A stretch of 63,736 nt of DNA, counting the filler, from Choristocarpus tenellus KU-1152 (lineage: Eukaryota > Protista > Phaeophyceae), in the NCBI GenBank assembly GCA_964200185.2. It is 9 parts of 9 records of this genome, joined end to end, with 100 filler letters (N's around TTAATTAATTAA, not from the genome) between each part and the next. Parts side by side here need not be neighbours in the genome. Positions count along the whole stretch, not along the records: positions 14,517 to 37,765 come from CAXNAD020000259.1; positions 37,866 to 40,451 come from CAXNAD020026514.1; 7 more parts are not named here. One strand, given 5' to 3'. Made by a program: the position numbers and the translations under genes. The first letter of the stretch is position 1; each line of letters opens with the position of its first letter. Shown piece by piece: positions 26,801 to 40,351 of the stretch. The notes beneath the pieces are model-generated. The model was not told the DNA's origin, ran no database searches, and worked only from the letters and a program-made list of their open reading frames with translations.

Positions 26801-29800
26801 AATCAATAGAAATCTGTTGGTATGATATCAACTAAGTATTGCCCACAACAATAGGTCCTCTTCTCAACGGATGTATGTGTAAGGCTGGTAATAAAGTACA
26901 GTACTCCATCTAAGAGCAAGAATCAAGACAATATGTCCAATTTTTCGACTTAGAAGGATGAACCTTTGAGGGTCACTCTGCCTTTATGTGTGCAACAAAT
27001 AATTTGAGGTACAGTCTAAGAAAGTATGTAATTTCCAAATGTTAAAATGTTCGTTGAGGTTATGAAAAAAAACGAAAAATCCGTATTTTTCATCGATTAT
27101 TTTCTTACTAAAAAACTATGCCTCAGAACATTTGTTATACACAAGAAGACAGAGCGACACTCAAAAGTTCATCCTTGAACTAGAAAAAGTGAATGTTTCA
27201 GCTTAAGTAGAGTGGAGGATTTCCTTCTCAGGCAGATCAACCTGTAGATTTTTGCGGAAGGGTCTTGCTATCATATTACAGTCCAATAAGGCACAGATGG
27301 AATAACCACAGTTGTAGGAGTTTTCATTGCACTAGAGTAACTCATGAACTCATGAGCAAGTCAAATCTGGGAGTAAAGTATCCTAGGATACACCTCGGTG
27401 CTGATAATGATCAAGTCTGACCTACCCACTACTTCCTATGTCCTGCCTTGGTACTTGGTCCTACATTCCAACAAGATACGTAGACCATAGGTGGTTGCCC
27501 CCTATTCATCTGGGAAAATGAGTTCAACATGATGTAGTGTGATGGTGGTAAAGCGGGGTGTGATTCATTCCAGCTTAAATTTACCTATTTTCTGAGCAAC
27601 AGCTGGAGCAGGGAGGGGAAATCTCCAGATATTGCACCAGTCCATGAGAGGTGCCCAATGTCAAATCATAAATAAGGGAAAGGAGATCCAGTCATGAGTG
27701 AAGAAGAGTTCACGAGCAAAGTCGATGCTTGGTGCATATGAATGTGAATGTGGCTTCCAGGCGGTTATCTTCCGTCTAAAGTGAGCCAGGTGTACCCTTG
27801 AGGAGTGAAGGGTTCTCAGATCAGTCCAAGAGTGTTCGAGGTGGGTGAGATTAGAGCACAAGGCAGACAAGACAAGCCGATCAGCAAGACAAGATCAAGG
27901 CAGACAGGAGCATCGCAGTCAAGGGCAAGTAGGTGGGAAGCAGAAACGTTACATGCTTCCAGTGCACCAAGGTAGGAGGGAGTGCCAGATCCAAGTCAGG
28001 TGGGGAAAATAGAAGAACATTCTACGCTCTGTCCATCTAACACTACTGTTTCAGAGTATATTCCCCATAATGAGCGGGTTCCTCAGTGTCAAGGGGACAA
28101 TCCTTACACTTGGTGTGTAGAACGATGGCAATTTGCTTCAATACTCAGAGAAACACAAGCTACAAATAGTGGCGCAGTGTTGACGAGACTTTTCCTGACT
28201 GTGTTTCACATGGCAAGCTTGTTGAGGGGTGTCATTCCTCAACTAATATGGACAATGATTTTGCCTGCCTTTCTTCTCAACCTCAAAAAAATGTTCCACC
28301 TCAGTATGTACAAAATATAGGGGAGTACCCTATTTGAGTCCATCCCATCCCACTCCATGTTTCGAACAGGAGAGTATGCTCTGGGACAGCACTAGCCTCT
28401 CATCTAACCATTACTGATTGCGCAATTGAATTGTTGTTGACTTCACCCTCGTCTGTGGTCTTGATGGGTAGTGCTAGTTTGTGATTTCAAATATGCAGGT
28501 GAGACCTGGGAAGGGGTCACTGAAGGAGTACCTGTCTCAGGCTTGGAAGTATGTTGAGATGAGGGTTTCTTGGCAGGAATAATGTTTCTTCTGAGTTGAG
28601 TAACTTGATCTAGCAGATTGGTTGTAACGTGCTACCACAGAACTTGAGCGGTTTATTGGGAGTGAGAGAGGTAGAGATTATCTGCTTTGCCAGCATGTAG
28701 TATTTTTTGGAGCACACGGACTGTTTGAACATTCTGTGTGTGCCTAATTGATTCAATGTTTGAGGAATGAGAAGCAAAAACATGTTCTGCGTCCTGTGTA
28801 ATTGCCACGAGTTGAGTTGAGTGGAGGCAAACGGTGTTTGCTCTGCCAATGAAAAAGAGTGGACGATGGAGCTGCCTTGAATATATTTCAGCTCCAAGAT
28901 TTTGCTATACTAATGTCACCATTAATTGTGCAATGCACAGAAGCATCTCAGAATAGTTGGAGTTTGGAAAGGTGGTAGACTTGGCCTTTGAGACAAACAC
29001 AGGTTATAGCAATGGATATCAGTACCCATACGACTTCATAGAATATCCCAAGTCTCAAGTACTTGTACAATACTCCAGTTCAGGTGTGCTTTCTCGGAGC
29101 TATCTATTTCTGTTTGACAAATGCCGGAAGACTTACACTAGTTCCCCTAGGTGCAGTACCCACAGCTTCTGCTTTTATCGAGAGTAACCGTGGTCTTACT
29201 TTATGCTTTGAGGTATCATTACCAGCCACGTTGAATTCTAGGTGGTACTTCTGTTGACATTCTCACAATTGATCCAGGACAAGGTGTGCGATCTTACTAG
29301 AGTGCTCTTCCATTATGGGCAACTTCCTGTCGTATCACAAGGCGTAGATTGTGTTTCTCATCATCTCAGGTATCAATAGCAACTTTGCAATGACTCTGGC
29401 AGTGTTTAATAAAATTACGGGGTTTTTTTTTTTCTGACTTCTAGTGTGTGAGGAATCTAGTGACCGAATGGATGGAAGACATATTCAAATTGCACCACGT
29501 CTCATCTGACGCAAAACTTGCAAATGTGCTCGCTAAGAATCTCGGAGGCAAATAGCCTTTTTGGAGAAATGGACAGTTCTTACTGAATTGGACTTCTGGA
29601 TATCGCTACTTTGGATTCTTCAGTCCATGGTTTAGAGAATTTTGGCTCTTACACATACTTCCACTGTGTTGGGTCTCTGTGGCGAAGACTTCCTTTGAGT
29701 TTGAGGATACATAGGCTAGTGACTGTTCAACGTTGTCTGACCCAGGAAGGGTGCTCGTAGAAATTATTTAAACCATACGTCACATCATTCGTATGTGCTC

Positions 29801-32800
29801 GGGGGAAGATGGAAATGGCAGCGATGCAGTGGCAATAATAATATTGTTCAGTAGAGGACAAAGGGAAGAACCATAGTTGTGGGAGTTGGTATTCCCCAAC
29901 TCAAGGGCTCATTGGCAACCAGACCTGGGAGCGAGGGGTACTAGGGTGGTCCCCAGTGCTCACAACAAATCATTCTGACTAATCTATCGTACCCTCTTTA
30001 GTGCTTCATCAGCTCCCATCCCTCCACACGGAAGAGGTAATTCCAATACATGATTCTGCAAACTCCCCTTGTACACATGCATGAGTAGATGTGCATGAGA
30101 AAATGTTGTTCTATGTATACTCCATACATACATACATACATACATACATACATACATACAGATTCTATCTGTTCTTTAAAATACGTAAGCACAATTTGTA
30201 ACTCACCTGGATGCGCTCTCCAAGGGTCTGCAGCTGGTCGATTGCTGCTGGTCGGTAAATATCTGCTGCCACCAAAAGCACCTTCCTTGGCTCTTTGTCC
30301 TCCACTAGGTACCTGCGATGGGCATTAGGTCATCCCCCAGAAACATCAAAGCCTAACCACCTGCAAAACATTTCTACCTCAGTGTGACTACCACAGCAAA
30401 CATTGAGAAGGATATTAAACCAACCAACAACTGCCCAGCCCTTTCATCCAAAGACGAGGACAACAGTTCAAATGCCGTCTTATAAAGTAGGGTTTGATAC
30501 TAGGAAAATGTCAACACCCCTAGAGAATTATTGTAACAGCACAAGCATTAATCACCAGAGGTTCTAATGACCCTGTCGAATTATCATGACGAAGCACTTT
30601 GTGGAGCATTATCTATACGACAGAGCATAGGAGACATCAACGTTCAACAGGACAAGCAACATTGCAGGGAACAACCCTAGTCACCATGTCTTTGAGAAAT
30701 ACCTACTACTAACATCTAAGCAAACAAAAGCTATGTTCACAAAGTGCAATGAATTGGATCAATGACAGAAACCCATCGTGGTCAACACACCCTCACCACG
30801 AATGCATCTCACTGCAGCAAAGCAGCCAAGGTTACGTCAGAACAAACACCAACCAAGGACAACCTGGTCAAATATGACCTAAGGATCATCCTACATGTCC
30901 ACACAATGATTGGCGGCCCTAGTGTGGGCAGTGCTACCGAGGAACCAGGAAGTTGGGGGCTGAGCATCAGTTGCCACTTCCTGGCAATCAGTACAAAGTC
31001 ACACACTTGCAAGAATCGGAATGAGTGACTATATCTGTATGCAGAGGATGTTTCAACTGCAAAACAATCAACAACAAAAACCACTTGCCCAAAAAAACAC
31101 TTCCCAAGGATAACAACCAGTGAATGATTAAATATTTGGGAGTGGTAGTTCCAATTAGCAAACCTATTATACGACGCCGATAGGACCTCTCCGGGTCTGA
31201 TTCACAGTTCCTCCATCTGTTCTTGGTCAGACCTTGCCTCATCCATGCTCAAAACAACCAATCAAAATCAACACGTAACCAGTCCTAAAAAAAAAAAGTC
31301 GAACCTTCACAAGTAAGATACATTTTGAGCCTAGTAGATGTGTTGGGAAGTAAAGATTCAATTCAGACCATGTCTTGTCAGGGAGTATATTGGCTGGATT
31401 ATTATATACAACCAATTCCAGATTATAGAATGATAAAATACTCTGTACATCTTTAATGGTTTGAGCCCAAATAGGAGGTTTCCCACAGGTGCAAGATCAG
31501 CAGATGTGGAATGTGACAAAGAGGCAGAACAAGAACATTTAATCCGATATTTGCTCCAAATACACACATAGAGCGTGTGCTCTCCACTTTACCCTCACGC
31601 AGATCTAATCGCACAATCCCCAGTCTATAACCATGACACTAACATTTGCAGGCAGACCAAAATGAAATGTTCAGGTACCTCATTTAGTCAATGAATTACA
31701 GCCCACCAAGAAATATCCCTTTCCACTCTTGCCTCTGCAATATAGGATCAGCAATCTAGAATCCACCAATGGAAGACATGCTCAGCCCAAGCCTCAAATG
31801 CAATGCGACTATATATGAAGTCGAGACTTACTGGGCAAGCTTTGCAGCTGCGGTGGTCTTTCCTGCTCCTTGCAAACCCGCCAACAGGATCACTGTAGGC
31901 ACATCATCTGTTCGCCGAGCGAGTTCGGACTGTGCAGACCCCATCACAGTAACTAGCTCATCATACATTACTTTCACAAACTGCTGCGCTGGTGTCACAC
32001 CTAACGGTGAATGGGTGAAAACAAAGAGCATCGCAGTTAAGGAACAGAAAAAGATGAAAATAATGCTTAGCCCTAGCGCTACCTAGAACAGTTGGACACA
32101 TATGACTATTCCTAGTAGGAGTGATATGAAAGACTGGTTGCAACATAGATCAAGAGTAAACGGAGCTAAAATCTTTGCCATGCCAAGCCTTCAAAGATAT
32201 GTTCATCTCCCTTGAGATATCTAGTGTCTCATGACACTTCTGGCACAAAAAAGAGCACCAGTGGGGAAGGAGAGGAGGTGCCTTTCATATCTCAAATTGC
32301 ATACCTCATTGAGTTGGTCGCCGCATGTCAAAGTCAAGGCAAATAATGAAGTTTAGATTGAAGAGCAATGCACTTTGCTCTAGGGTTAGGATCATCTTCC
32401 ATTTCCACTACTCCATAACTACTTTTCTCCCCTGAAGTTCGCATGAGAATAAAGCAACAAGAAAAAATTCCAAGAGAGTAGAGGTATGCCTCATCATGGC
32501 ATATCATGCAGTCTGTGTAACCTCCAAGTTCTATTTGGCCCAAACAAGAAGTAGAGAAGTCGTAAAGTCACGGGTGATTGACCGGTAGGAATTAGATACA
32601 GGTCGATTATAAACAAAGTAGGAAATGAGCCTGAGTAAACTACTTGCATTGGACAATACACTTAGGGGAAAGCGCCATGGAAATCAAGACCTTGACAGGA
32701 TAGTGGTCTTAGTGAATCTTAGCTGCAGCTGCAGCCTTCCAAGGTCCCACTACCTATTTCTGAGTCAACTCCACATCCTTGCGTGATTAAACCACAAAGA

Positions 32801-35592
32801 CAGACCAAGTGTGAAGAAATGTGTCACACTAAATTTGATGTAATTTGGTGTTTTAGGTACACTTTGTACCGGACAACTTGATGTAATTTGATGTAATCTG
32901 AAAATAATGTTTCCACGTAGCAAATCATTGGCAACTCCATCCCATAAGTTGATTGGGTGCCTTCTCTAAATGGCCTCAACATATCAGCCCCACCTGATGC
33001 TGTGGATTGTCGGAAGGATTTCTAGCATGCAGACTAGAAGTGAGTATGGATTGGTGCATGCATGGTCTGTGTAGTTTTGAGAGTCTTTCCCAGACAACAT
33101 GAAAACCCCCTTGAAAAAACGTCCATTAACCTTCACATCAGGGGTGACAGATGCTACACTCAATATATTGATACCTCCATTAAGATACTTCTCCAGTTAG
33201 CTACTTGTATCAATCACGTCAATTTGACCAACCGTCTTAGTTTCATTTTTCTGAGTGATCTAAAATACTAAGTCCTGCACCAGTTGAGCACTTGCTCTCA
33301 AATCTAGTCTTGACAAAGAGCAAGCACTTGAGTTCACTAGAGCACTAGCCTTAGCAAAGAGCACACAGACACCAATGCTAAGCGGAAATTGTCCTGGCAG
33401 CAGAGAGAGCATCGACGTGGTTGTGACAAAATCTTAATGTCATTGAGCACACTGGACACAATTTTCCAAGAGGCAATGTGCAATGAAGGTCATATACAAC
33501 ATATGCTGGACCGCATATCTGATGAGCAGGTTAGGGTTAGGGACCATGGCATCGACCAATCCCAGTAAGAACCACAGCTCACCTCAAAGAACCTCAACAA
33601 ACACCATATTCAGAATAAATTCCATGTCCCTGTACAATTAATCATTAAACTCCTAAAACTTTATCCGTAGCTGATAATCAAGTTCCGAATCAATAATGTT
33701 GGAAGGGTCATCACAATTAGCATTCCCTCAGAAGCTGAGGAAATTTCAAAAATAATCAAGTCCTAACCCTAACCCTAACCTGTAAGGTCAGAAACAATAA
33801 CAAGTTCTTCCCGTGGTCACTAGGTTGGGTGGCATGTTGTTGGGCAACATGCAAGCAAGGATATGCAGACAACATATGTAGGGATTTTGTAGCAGATGAG
33901 CAAAAGGGTAGATAAAAATCAAAGTCAGTCCTCACAATTCTGTTATTACCACCCCATACCAAGACCCAAACTAGCTCTTGACATGGTATAAGCTCTCAAC
34001 TCCAGCAATCACCCTCAGACTGTTTTTATGATTATGGGACATGTATACACATTAGAATTATGTATTTTGGCAACATAAAAGGCAACGCCACTTGAATGTC
34101 TTTAAGACTACCATCTAATGAGAGGTGAGTCACCAAAATTGCATACAATAGAAAATCATCAGCGATCACAGTGAATGCTGTTGTCCAGGAATTACTTGTA
34201 TTCCAAAAAATTGGACTTTACATCTACAGGGCAAAAATTGGTCCTATGGCCTTCAACACACTTATGCACCCTAACCCAAGACCTTGTCAAATCAACTCTA
34301 TGACATAGGTGTATTGACTTTGGAGATACAAAATAGAAGTGTAGGAGATATTGAAAGACGTCCTTAACGAAGTTTCACTAAAAGGTGCACTCTTGTGTTC
34401 CAATACTGTGGAGTTGCAAATATTTTCAAGAACTCCAAGTACTTCAAAATCAAATTGCTGCACCATTCAGCATCCCATCAAATGAACTTTGAAGAAAAAA
34501 CTTTCCTGGAGCTCAAGTAAAGAGCCAAAAATGTATCAGATTGTTCAATTCATTGCATTGAATCCACATCTCCCGATGGGCCCAGGCATTTCTCAATGCA
34601 CTAAAGACCTCTGGGGGCACACACTTGCTGCAATGCTGACATGTGCTCGCAGTTGTTTCTGACACAAGAGAATATTCAGGAGGGTTCTGACGCACCTTCA
34701 ATAAGCGTCATCCCCACAGCTCTTCCTTTTACTGCCTCCACTAGACCGTTGGTCACCTTGAGATTTACATCTGCATCCAACAATGCCCTCTTCACCTCCT
34801 TTAATGCCCCTTCCACACTACAAAAACGAAGCACAGCATCAACAAACAATGCACAAAAGGCAGAAAAAAACGCCAAATGCAATATCGTCGTTCCAATCTA
34901 ACATTTCCCTCTTCGAGTTTTTGCAAAGGAATTAGAAAGATTACACTCCAAAATCTGCCATCCATTTCGACGTAAGTTGTACCATCCTTTGAGCGCAACT
35001 AGAAATTGGTATCCTAAATAAGTCGCACAGGACTTTCAAGCTCAGTATCACATTCAAGGCTTGACCTAACCTTAGGTGTCATTCGTTTGGGTCATAATAT
35101 AGAGAAACATGTTTGGGGCAAACGAAGGTTCGATAGTCAGAGGCAGCAGATCAAGTGGAAAGAGTCAGATTGACCTCAGAGTCGGGTTCTACACAGAGGG
35201 TATCCTCGCATGCACTAATGAAGATCTTGAACTACATTCAAATTCTTACCCATCGAAGTAGAGAAAGGCGATGGAACGGGTTGGCAACCAGGGTAACTCG
35301 ACTATGCTTACCTTGCTTCAGTGAGTTTTGTCTTGCCCTGAAAGAGCTGTGCCACATCAGCCATCTTCTCTGTTAGCTGGTCGAACATCATGTTCAATCC
35401 ATTCGAACGTCGATAGGGCGTACCTCGTATTGCCCTTTCCTTCATGGACTTCGGGAAGGTCCCCTTTGTGTTGAGGATGCGGTTAGAGTTGGGGCATGTA
35501 ATGAAACACCAACTCCTTGATACCACTCCGCCAACCACCAACAAATGAAGAAGGGTGCGCGGTACGCCCCTAGAAGAACGTTTGGCCCCCAT
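17864..35592 (-). CDS. cpSRP54: Plastid signal recognition particle 54 kDa protein (cpSRP54/Ffh), complete, 12 exons, about 563 aa
   Basis: Exons 35592-35312, 34817-34696, 32000-31832, 30312-30207, 24614-24456, 23941-23780, 23629-23585, 23025-22930, 21974-21798, 20473-20327, 18673-18519, 17936-17864; all GT-AG, phases consistent, 1692 nt in total. Motifs [54 protein letters not shown], Met-rich M domain, basic tail ending KGFGK. N-terminal hydrophobic signal peptide (…VVSRSWC-F) plus a basic transit-like stretch. Confidence 0.97.
27450..29300 (-). mobile_element. Highly decayed Ty1/copia-like remnant in cpSRP54 intron 4
   Basis: Only scattered motif-like traces on the minus strand (C..C.KAKS-like near 28990, NLGAEY-like near 28890, 'ILRWNIF' near 28300). 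Boundaries approximate. Confidence 0.3.
29370..29560 (+). mobile_element. Ty1/copia RNase H C-terminal remnant
   Basis: Translates [26 protein letters not shown], matching the copia 'I.L.HV.S..QLAD.LTK.L' motif. Confidence 0.65.
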
Positions 35593-35892
35593 GCTGATAT
35601 GGGCTTTTGTGGGACACTTGTACTACAAGGAGTATCTGGAAGAGTTGCAGGATGAGTATGTCTAGGTTTGTATTGATAGGTGTGAATATTGGACAAATTA
35701 TTATGTGCGGTTGAAAGTGGGATATCAACAACAGTAGTAGTTCAAACATGATGTATTCCAAGTTAGAAATCGGTTGGTTACTTTTTGCATTTTATTGTAC
35801 TATAACATACCCTAACAACGTAGTGTATCAGTGGGCATAATAATAAAATAGTGGAGACCATCCCATACGCTTCAAAATCCTCTCTTCATTCT

Positions 35893-36078
35893 GACTCGAA
35901 GTATATGGGTGAGGGGGAGGGGGGGTCTACACCAGGGTGTCCATTTGGTCCCTGATCAGGAAAAGTGCACTTACATTATCAATCCGACACATGCAACCAA
36001 ATCACCCAAAAAATGCGACATGGAAAAATAGACCCCAAAATGGACAGCCACCCCCACCCCCCCCAGATACTTTCAGCC
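35893..36078 (+). mobile_element. MITE subfamily A copy about 300 bp upstream of the cpSRP54 start codon
   Basis: GACTCGAAGTATATGGG...CCCCAGATACTTTCAGCC; flanks TTCT/TCTA (TCT shared). Confidence 0.9.
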
Positions 36079-37692
36079 TCTAATTATAACCATACCATTC
36101 AAAAGTTCAACACTTTCCTGGTCATCTTCAAGGGTTTTGTTCTCGTGAACGGAGCTGAAAAAAACACAGGTCAGAGGTGAAACAAATTAAGTGGAGGACC
36201 GTGCTATATCGTGACTATGCGTTAATTGTGTTCAAGACCCAAGGAAGTCTAGGCAGGTGGATGGGCAATTAATAGTGATTGGTGACTAGCTCATTCGGGT
36301 TGACTATGTTGAAGATGAAGACAGAAAGATGTGCCTTGGATTCCCCGACAAGGCAGTAAACACAGTGCAGGTCTGGAACAACCAGACTGACAAGTTTGTT
36401 TACCTTGCAGAGAAACCATCAGAAATGACGCTGATATCATTGCCGAGATCTCTTGGGGACTCTAAAAAGGTATGGGACATCTTCACAGTCAGGGGGGTTT
36501 TTAAGAGCCACAGATGTATCGCTTGAGCTCAAGATCCGATGCTCAAGGCTGAAGTGCTTGAAGGGGAATGAGCTATGGGATGGCTGAACAAACACACAAG
36601 AAGCAAAGAACGTAGGTAGTACCATTAGTTCTTGTGCAACAGTTAGGTCAAAGTTACTGAGAACAGTGCAGTGTATTTTGCCTCCGACCACAAGCACGGA
36701 TATCCCTGACAAAAAGTGAAGAAAGCATATACTAAGTACATGTATATATGTACAGAGAGTAGTAGATCATATTTCTCCACATCCCTCCTTCAAGTTTGGA
36801 CCGGAGTGCTAGATAAGTTGCAGAGGTCATGACCTCTTGTTCAATGAGGATCTCCTGTCCGAGGTAAGATGTAAGGAATGGTGCAAGCCACAGTGGTATG
36901 ACCCTTTTCAGAGTGAGATGAGGAGCAGCAGAGAGAGAAAGCTAAAGAGAGGGGGGGAGGGAGATCTTTCATGACAAGAGCAACAACAGTCAAGAACTAC
37001 ACCATTCATGGATTGACTACATGACTCCACCTTGCACCCACCGGATTGTGCGTGATGAAGTCTGCTTTGCGCTGTGCATGAGTAGTAGGGTTCACAACAG
37101 GGCAGTTTCCGTTCGCCCCGAATATGACCTCTCCAAAAAGCTTTGCAGGAGTCTCACATTCCATCTCATCTTTTACCTTGTCCTCTGACATTTGATCTGG
37201 GAGCAAGACCGCGAAAAATGGTCTGGAAATAGCCCAGTGTGACAGGTGTGTGTCAATTGTATTTCTCCCACTCACAGTAAAAGTCATAGATATCCTAAAG
37301 ATGAGGGCAAAGAGTTCACAAGACGTTCCATGTTGGAAGGCAGGTAGGTGGTAGTGGAAGTCAGGTGGTGGATGATGTCGGGAAAAGGCTGGTGGACTTG
37401 ACTTTGGGGCCATCAACCGCACGGAACGAAGCTGCATGGACAATGAAGGACATTATAGAATGCCGTTTATGCTTGTGTGGATACCTTCTTGCGCATGCTG
37501 TGTAGACGTGTTTTTGGTTGTGATTAGGCATGTACTCTGGAATGGGGTAAAGTTTTGTACTCAACACCACAACATGACCTCAGTAGTCCACAAGTTTAGA
37601 TAATGTAGACAGGGGTGTTTGTCACTGTTCTGTGTTCATCTCTTGACAGGATGAACACTGCTGACCACAGATATATCTTTTCCATTTCTTCT

Positions 37693-37765
37693 GGGTCAAA
37701 ATATCTGGGGGGGGGGGGGGGGGGTTTGTGGGGGGGCGGCCGTTTCGGGCAAATAACTCTTTTTT
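37693..37765 (+). mobile_element. MITE subfamily B left end, truncated at contig end
   Basis: GGGTCAAAATATCTGGGG..TTTGTGGGGGGGCGGCCGTTTCGG resembles the left part of 55424-55612. Confidence 0.75.
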
Positions 37766-37865
37766 NNNNNNNNNNNNNNNNNNNNNNNNNNNNNNNNNNN
37801 NNNNNNNNNTTAATTAATTAANNNNNNNNNNNNNNNNNNNNNNNNNNNNNNNNNNNNNNNNNNNN
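37766..37865. other. Artificial contig linker
   Basis: 44 N + TTAATTAATTAA + 44 N. Confidence 0.99.
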
Positions 37866-37957
37866 CAGGAAAAAAACATGTAAAAAAGCCATGCCAACAA
37901 TAACAACATCAAAATCCTTACCTCTCCCCCCCCCTCCCCCTCCCCCTCCTCCTTTAG

Positions 37958-40325
37958 TGACTTCCAGTGCGGTATTGGTACATCCATGGCTGAAAATATT
38001 CCCTTCCTCAACGTCATTGCTTCTGGCGTGGTCCGTGAGGTTGTAGTCAAAGGGGGGTCTATCGAGTCCGCCTTACCTTCGGTAATGGTTGCCTATGCCC
38101 TCTCCACCTTCGTGACAGGGGTAGTTTTCTACATCACCGGATGGCTTAAGTTGGGTCAGGTTCGTATGAGGTTAGGAGCCGGGGCGGGGGCAAGGGGAGG
38201 GAGTTCAAGTGAAAGTGAGAGGGCGTTAAATATGGGTACACAACCCTCACCTCCTCAAATCGAGTTAGGAATAGTATCATTTCAATGACCGTTTCTTGTT
38301 CTCTGTTGGTTCAGAGGAGTTTCACGTCTTCAAGAGTGACAGAGCAAGCATTACCTCTCTTACACCACCTGTTGTAACTATCCACCCCGCAAAGGTAGAG
38401 GCAAATCTTTTTCTCACACCTGTGCCCGTCTCGGCCGAGTTCGTTGTTGCAAAGACGGATTCTGGGTTATGGTGAGGGTTCTAGGAGGGGATGCCAATGT
38501 AAATGTTCAGATCGTTGTCTGATCCTTTTTATCACTGCTTACAAATTGTGCCCCCCCCTTCCTCCTAATCCTCCTGAGAGAGCTGATAATCATCGATTGT
38601 ATTGTACAACCTGTTTATCACACTCTACTCCTGTTGTTGAGTGACTCGCCGTGTGGGATCATCTTGGGATGCCTTGGTTCCTACATAACATAGTACCTAG
38701 TATCCTCTAGTTTCCCTTGAGAAGTCGCCCGCAAAAGCATCTGTACACACCTAATGGACCTTTCTCACATCATGCTCCCCATACCAGTGAATACCACACC
38801 TGATAAAAGATTGAATGTGGTGTCACCATGAGCCACTATGGCATTGCTGTCTCATTCCAACCATTAAGTACTTCCATCGTCCTGCACGAAATTATTTGCG
38901 CAGAACGAATTTACCGAGGGCAACAAAATGAGCTTCCCACTACCGATCACATCAAAGGAAATCCAGTTCCAACTCAGCGATTTGAACAAAATTGAAGATT
39001 CTCTGTCTAGTAGTCCGAAATCGGAAGTCGCAGCATGAGAGGGGGACACTCTTCTCACTATATCCCACTCTTTTCTAAATTTGCAATGACAACGCTGTCA
39101 CTCCAGTATCGAGGTGTTGAAGAGCAAGCACAGTTTGAGTCCAATCTGGCCACCAGTGGTATGACATGCCTACCATTGAACCAAAGGAAACGCGAGGTAC
39201 CCAGGATCGGATTTGACCGTTTTTCATTTAAAGTAACTTTCTTCACCTCTTGCAATTCACCCCCGTTTCTTATATGGGTAGAGTGCTAAGACTGAGTTAG
39301 GAGTGGTGAATTCTCTTTCGTTTTTAAAAATTTACGTAGAATTCAGAAAAGTCCCCGTACGCATTTGTACCGAAACTCGAATTTTGCGCGTTTGTAGGAA
39401 TTCCAAAAAAAGAACCATGGGAACCTCTCGATTACTTTGGGCTCACAGTCAAGTTTACGAAATCAGACTGAACCAAAGCAAGTCTCTTGCAATGGTAGTT
39501 GTGTCCAATGCAGTGATAGTCGCACCGGCCCCACCTCTACCCTACTGCAGCTGTTCATTTCAAAGTAAATTGGGAAATAATTTTTTCAAGCTTTTCTGAC
39601 CAAGTAACCTCCACTGGGTCCCCCTGAAAGCATTCAAGTGTCCCCACTATACCGGGAGGGAGCGACCCAAAGCATTTTAGAGGGTACGAGTTTTGCCCTC
39701 TTTGTCCGTTTGGGACTTGGCTTCCCACAGGTTTTTTGTGACATTTTCTACTCCGAAATATTTTGGAGTAGACAAAATTTATAGTTATGAAAAGGTCTGT
39801 TTGGAACAGGGATATTGACACTTCCTAATAAACACAATAGCCAAAATCACATCAAATCTCAATAGTGAATTTTGGTCCCCAAACGGACGGAGCTCTACCC
39901 TCCAAGATACTTTGATTCTCCGTTCAGGCCTTGGCTTGCCACATTCTTTTTTACGCCTCTTTTTCGGTTTCCTGTGTGAACATTTCGGATTTCGGAGTAG
40001 GTAAAATGCATAGGATTACGAAATGTGTGTCTGGGGCAAGGGTATTGACACTTGCTAACAAACGCCAAACCCAAAATTTCATCAAAACCACAACATTGGA
40101 TTTATGACTCCGAATGGGTGCAGCCCTACCCTCTCAACTGGCTCGACTCAATTCTGTATCCCTTTTTTGCACAAATAGGTGCTCCACTTCTTTCCCCACC
40201 ATGTTGTCATTGGCTGCATCGGGGGGTTTGGGTTTTTTCTCCTCATTACCGCCCTAGAGATCTCCACTGGGGCTTCTCTAAGTGAGATGGGGTTTACCGA
40301 AGCCACTCAAACGCTCTGCTCTCAG
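37958..40325 (+). CDS. SLC26/SulP anion-transporter family protein (fungal Vsb1/YGR125W-like), two internal exons
   Basis: Exons 37958-38159 (DFQCGIGTSMAENIPFLNVIA…AYALSTFVTGVVFYITGWLKLGQ) and 40179-40325 (VLHFFPHHVVIGCIGGFGFFLLITALE…). 'KLG…FFP.HV..GCIGG.G.FL' is the SulP transmembrane signature of this subgroup. Confidence 0.85.
39178..39443. mobile_element. Candidate MITE subfamily D (about 265 bp)
   Basis: Inverted ends GAACCAAAGGAAACGCGAGGTACCCAGG / CCATGGGAACCTCTCGATTACTTTGGGCT with the same outer CAAAG motif as the other MITEs. Single copy here; TSD unclear. Confidence 0.5.
39664..39918 (+). mobile_element. MITE subfamily C copy
   Basis: GACCCAAAGCATTTTAGAGGGTACGAG...CTACCCTCCAAGATACTTTGATTC; collinear with 45320-45578. 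Confidence 0.88.
39919..40149 (+). mobile_element. Older, left-truncated MITE subfamily C copy
   Basis: Shares CTTGGCTT.CCAC, TTCGGAGTAGGTAAAATG, TATTGACACTTGCTAACAAAC and CTACCCTC…GACTC with the adjacent copy. Confidence 0.7.
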
Positions 40326-40351
40326 GTGGGTGTTCGTTCTTATTTTTTTGT

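Noticed and set aside
36290-37450. Coding-looking ORFs upstream of cpSRP54
   Set aside because: No recognisable domain or consistent splice structure; probably decayed repeat.
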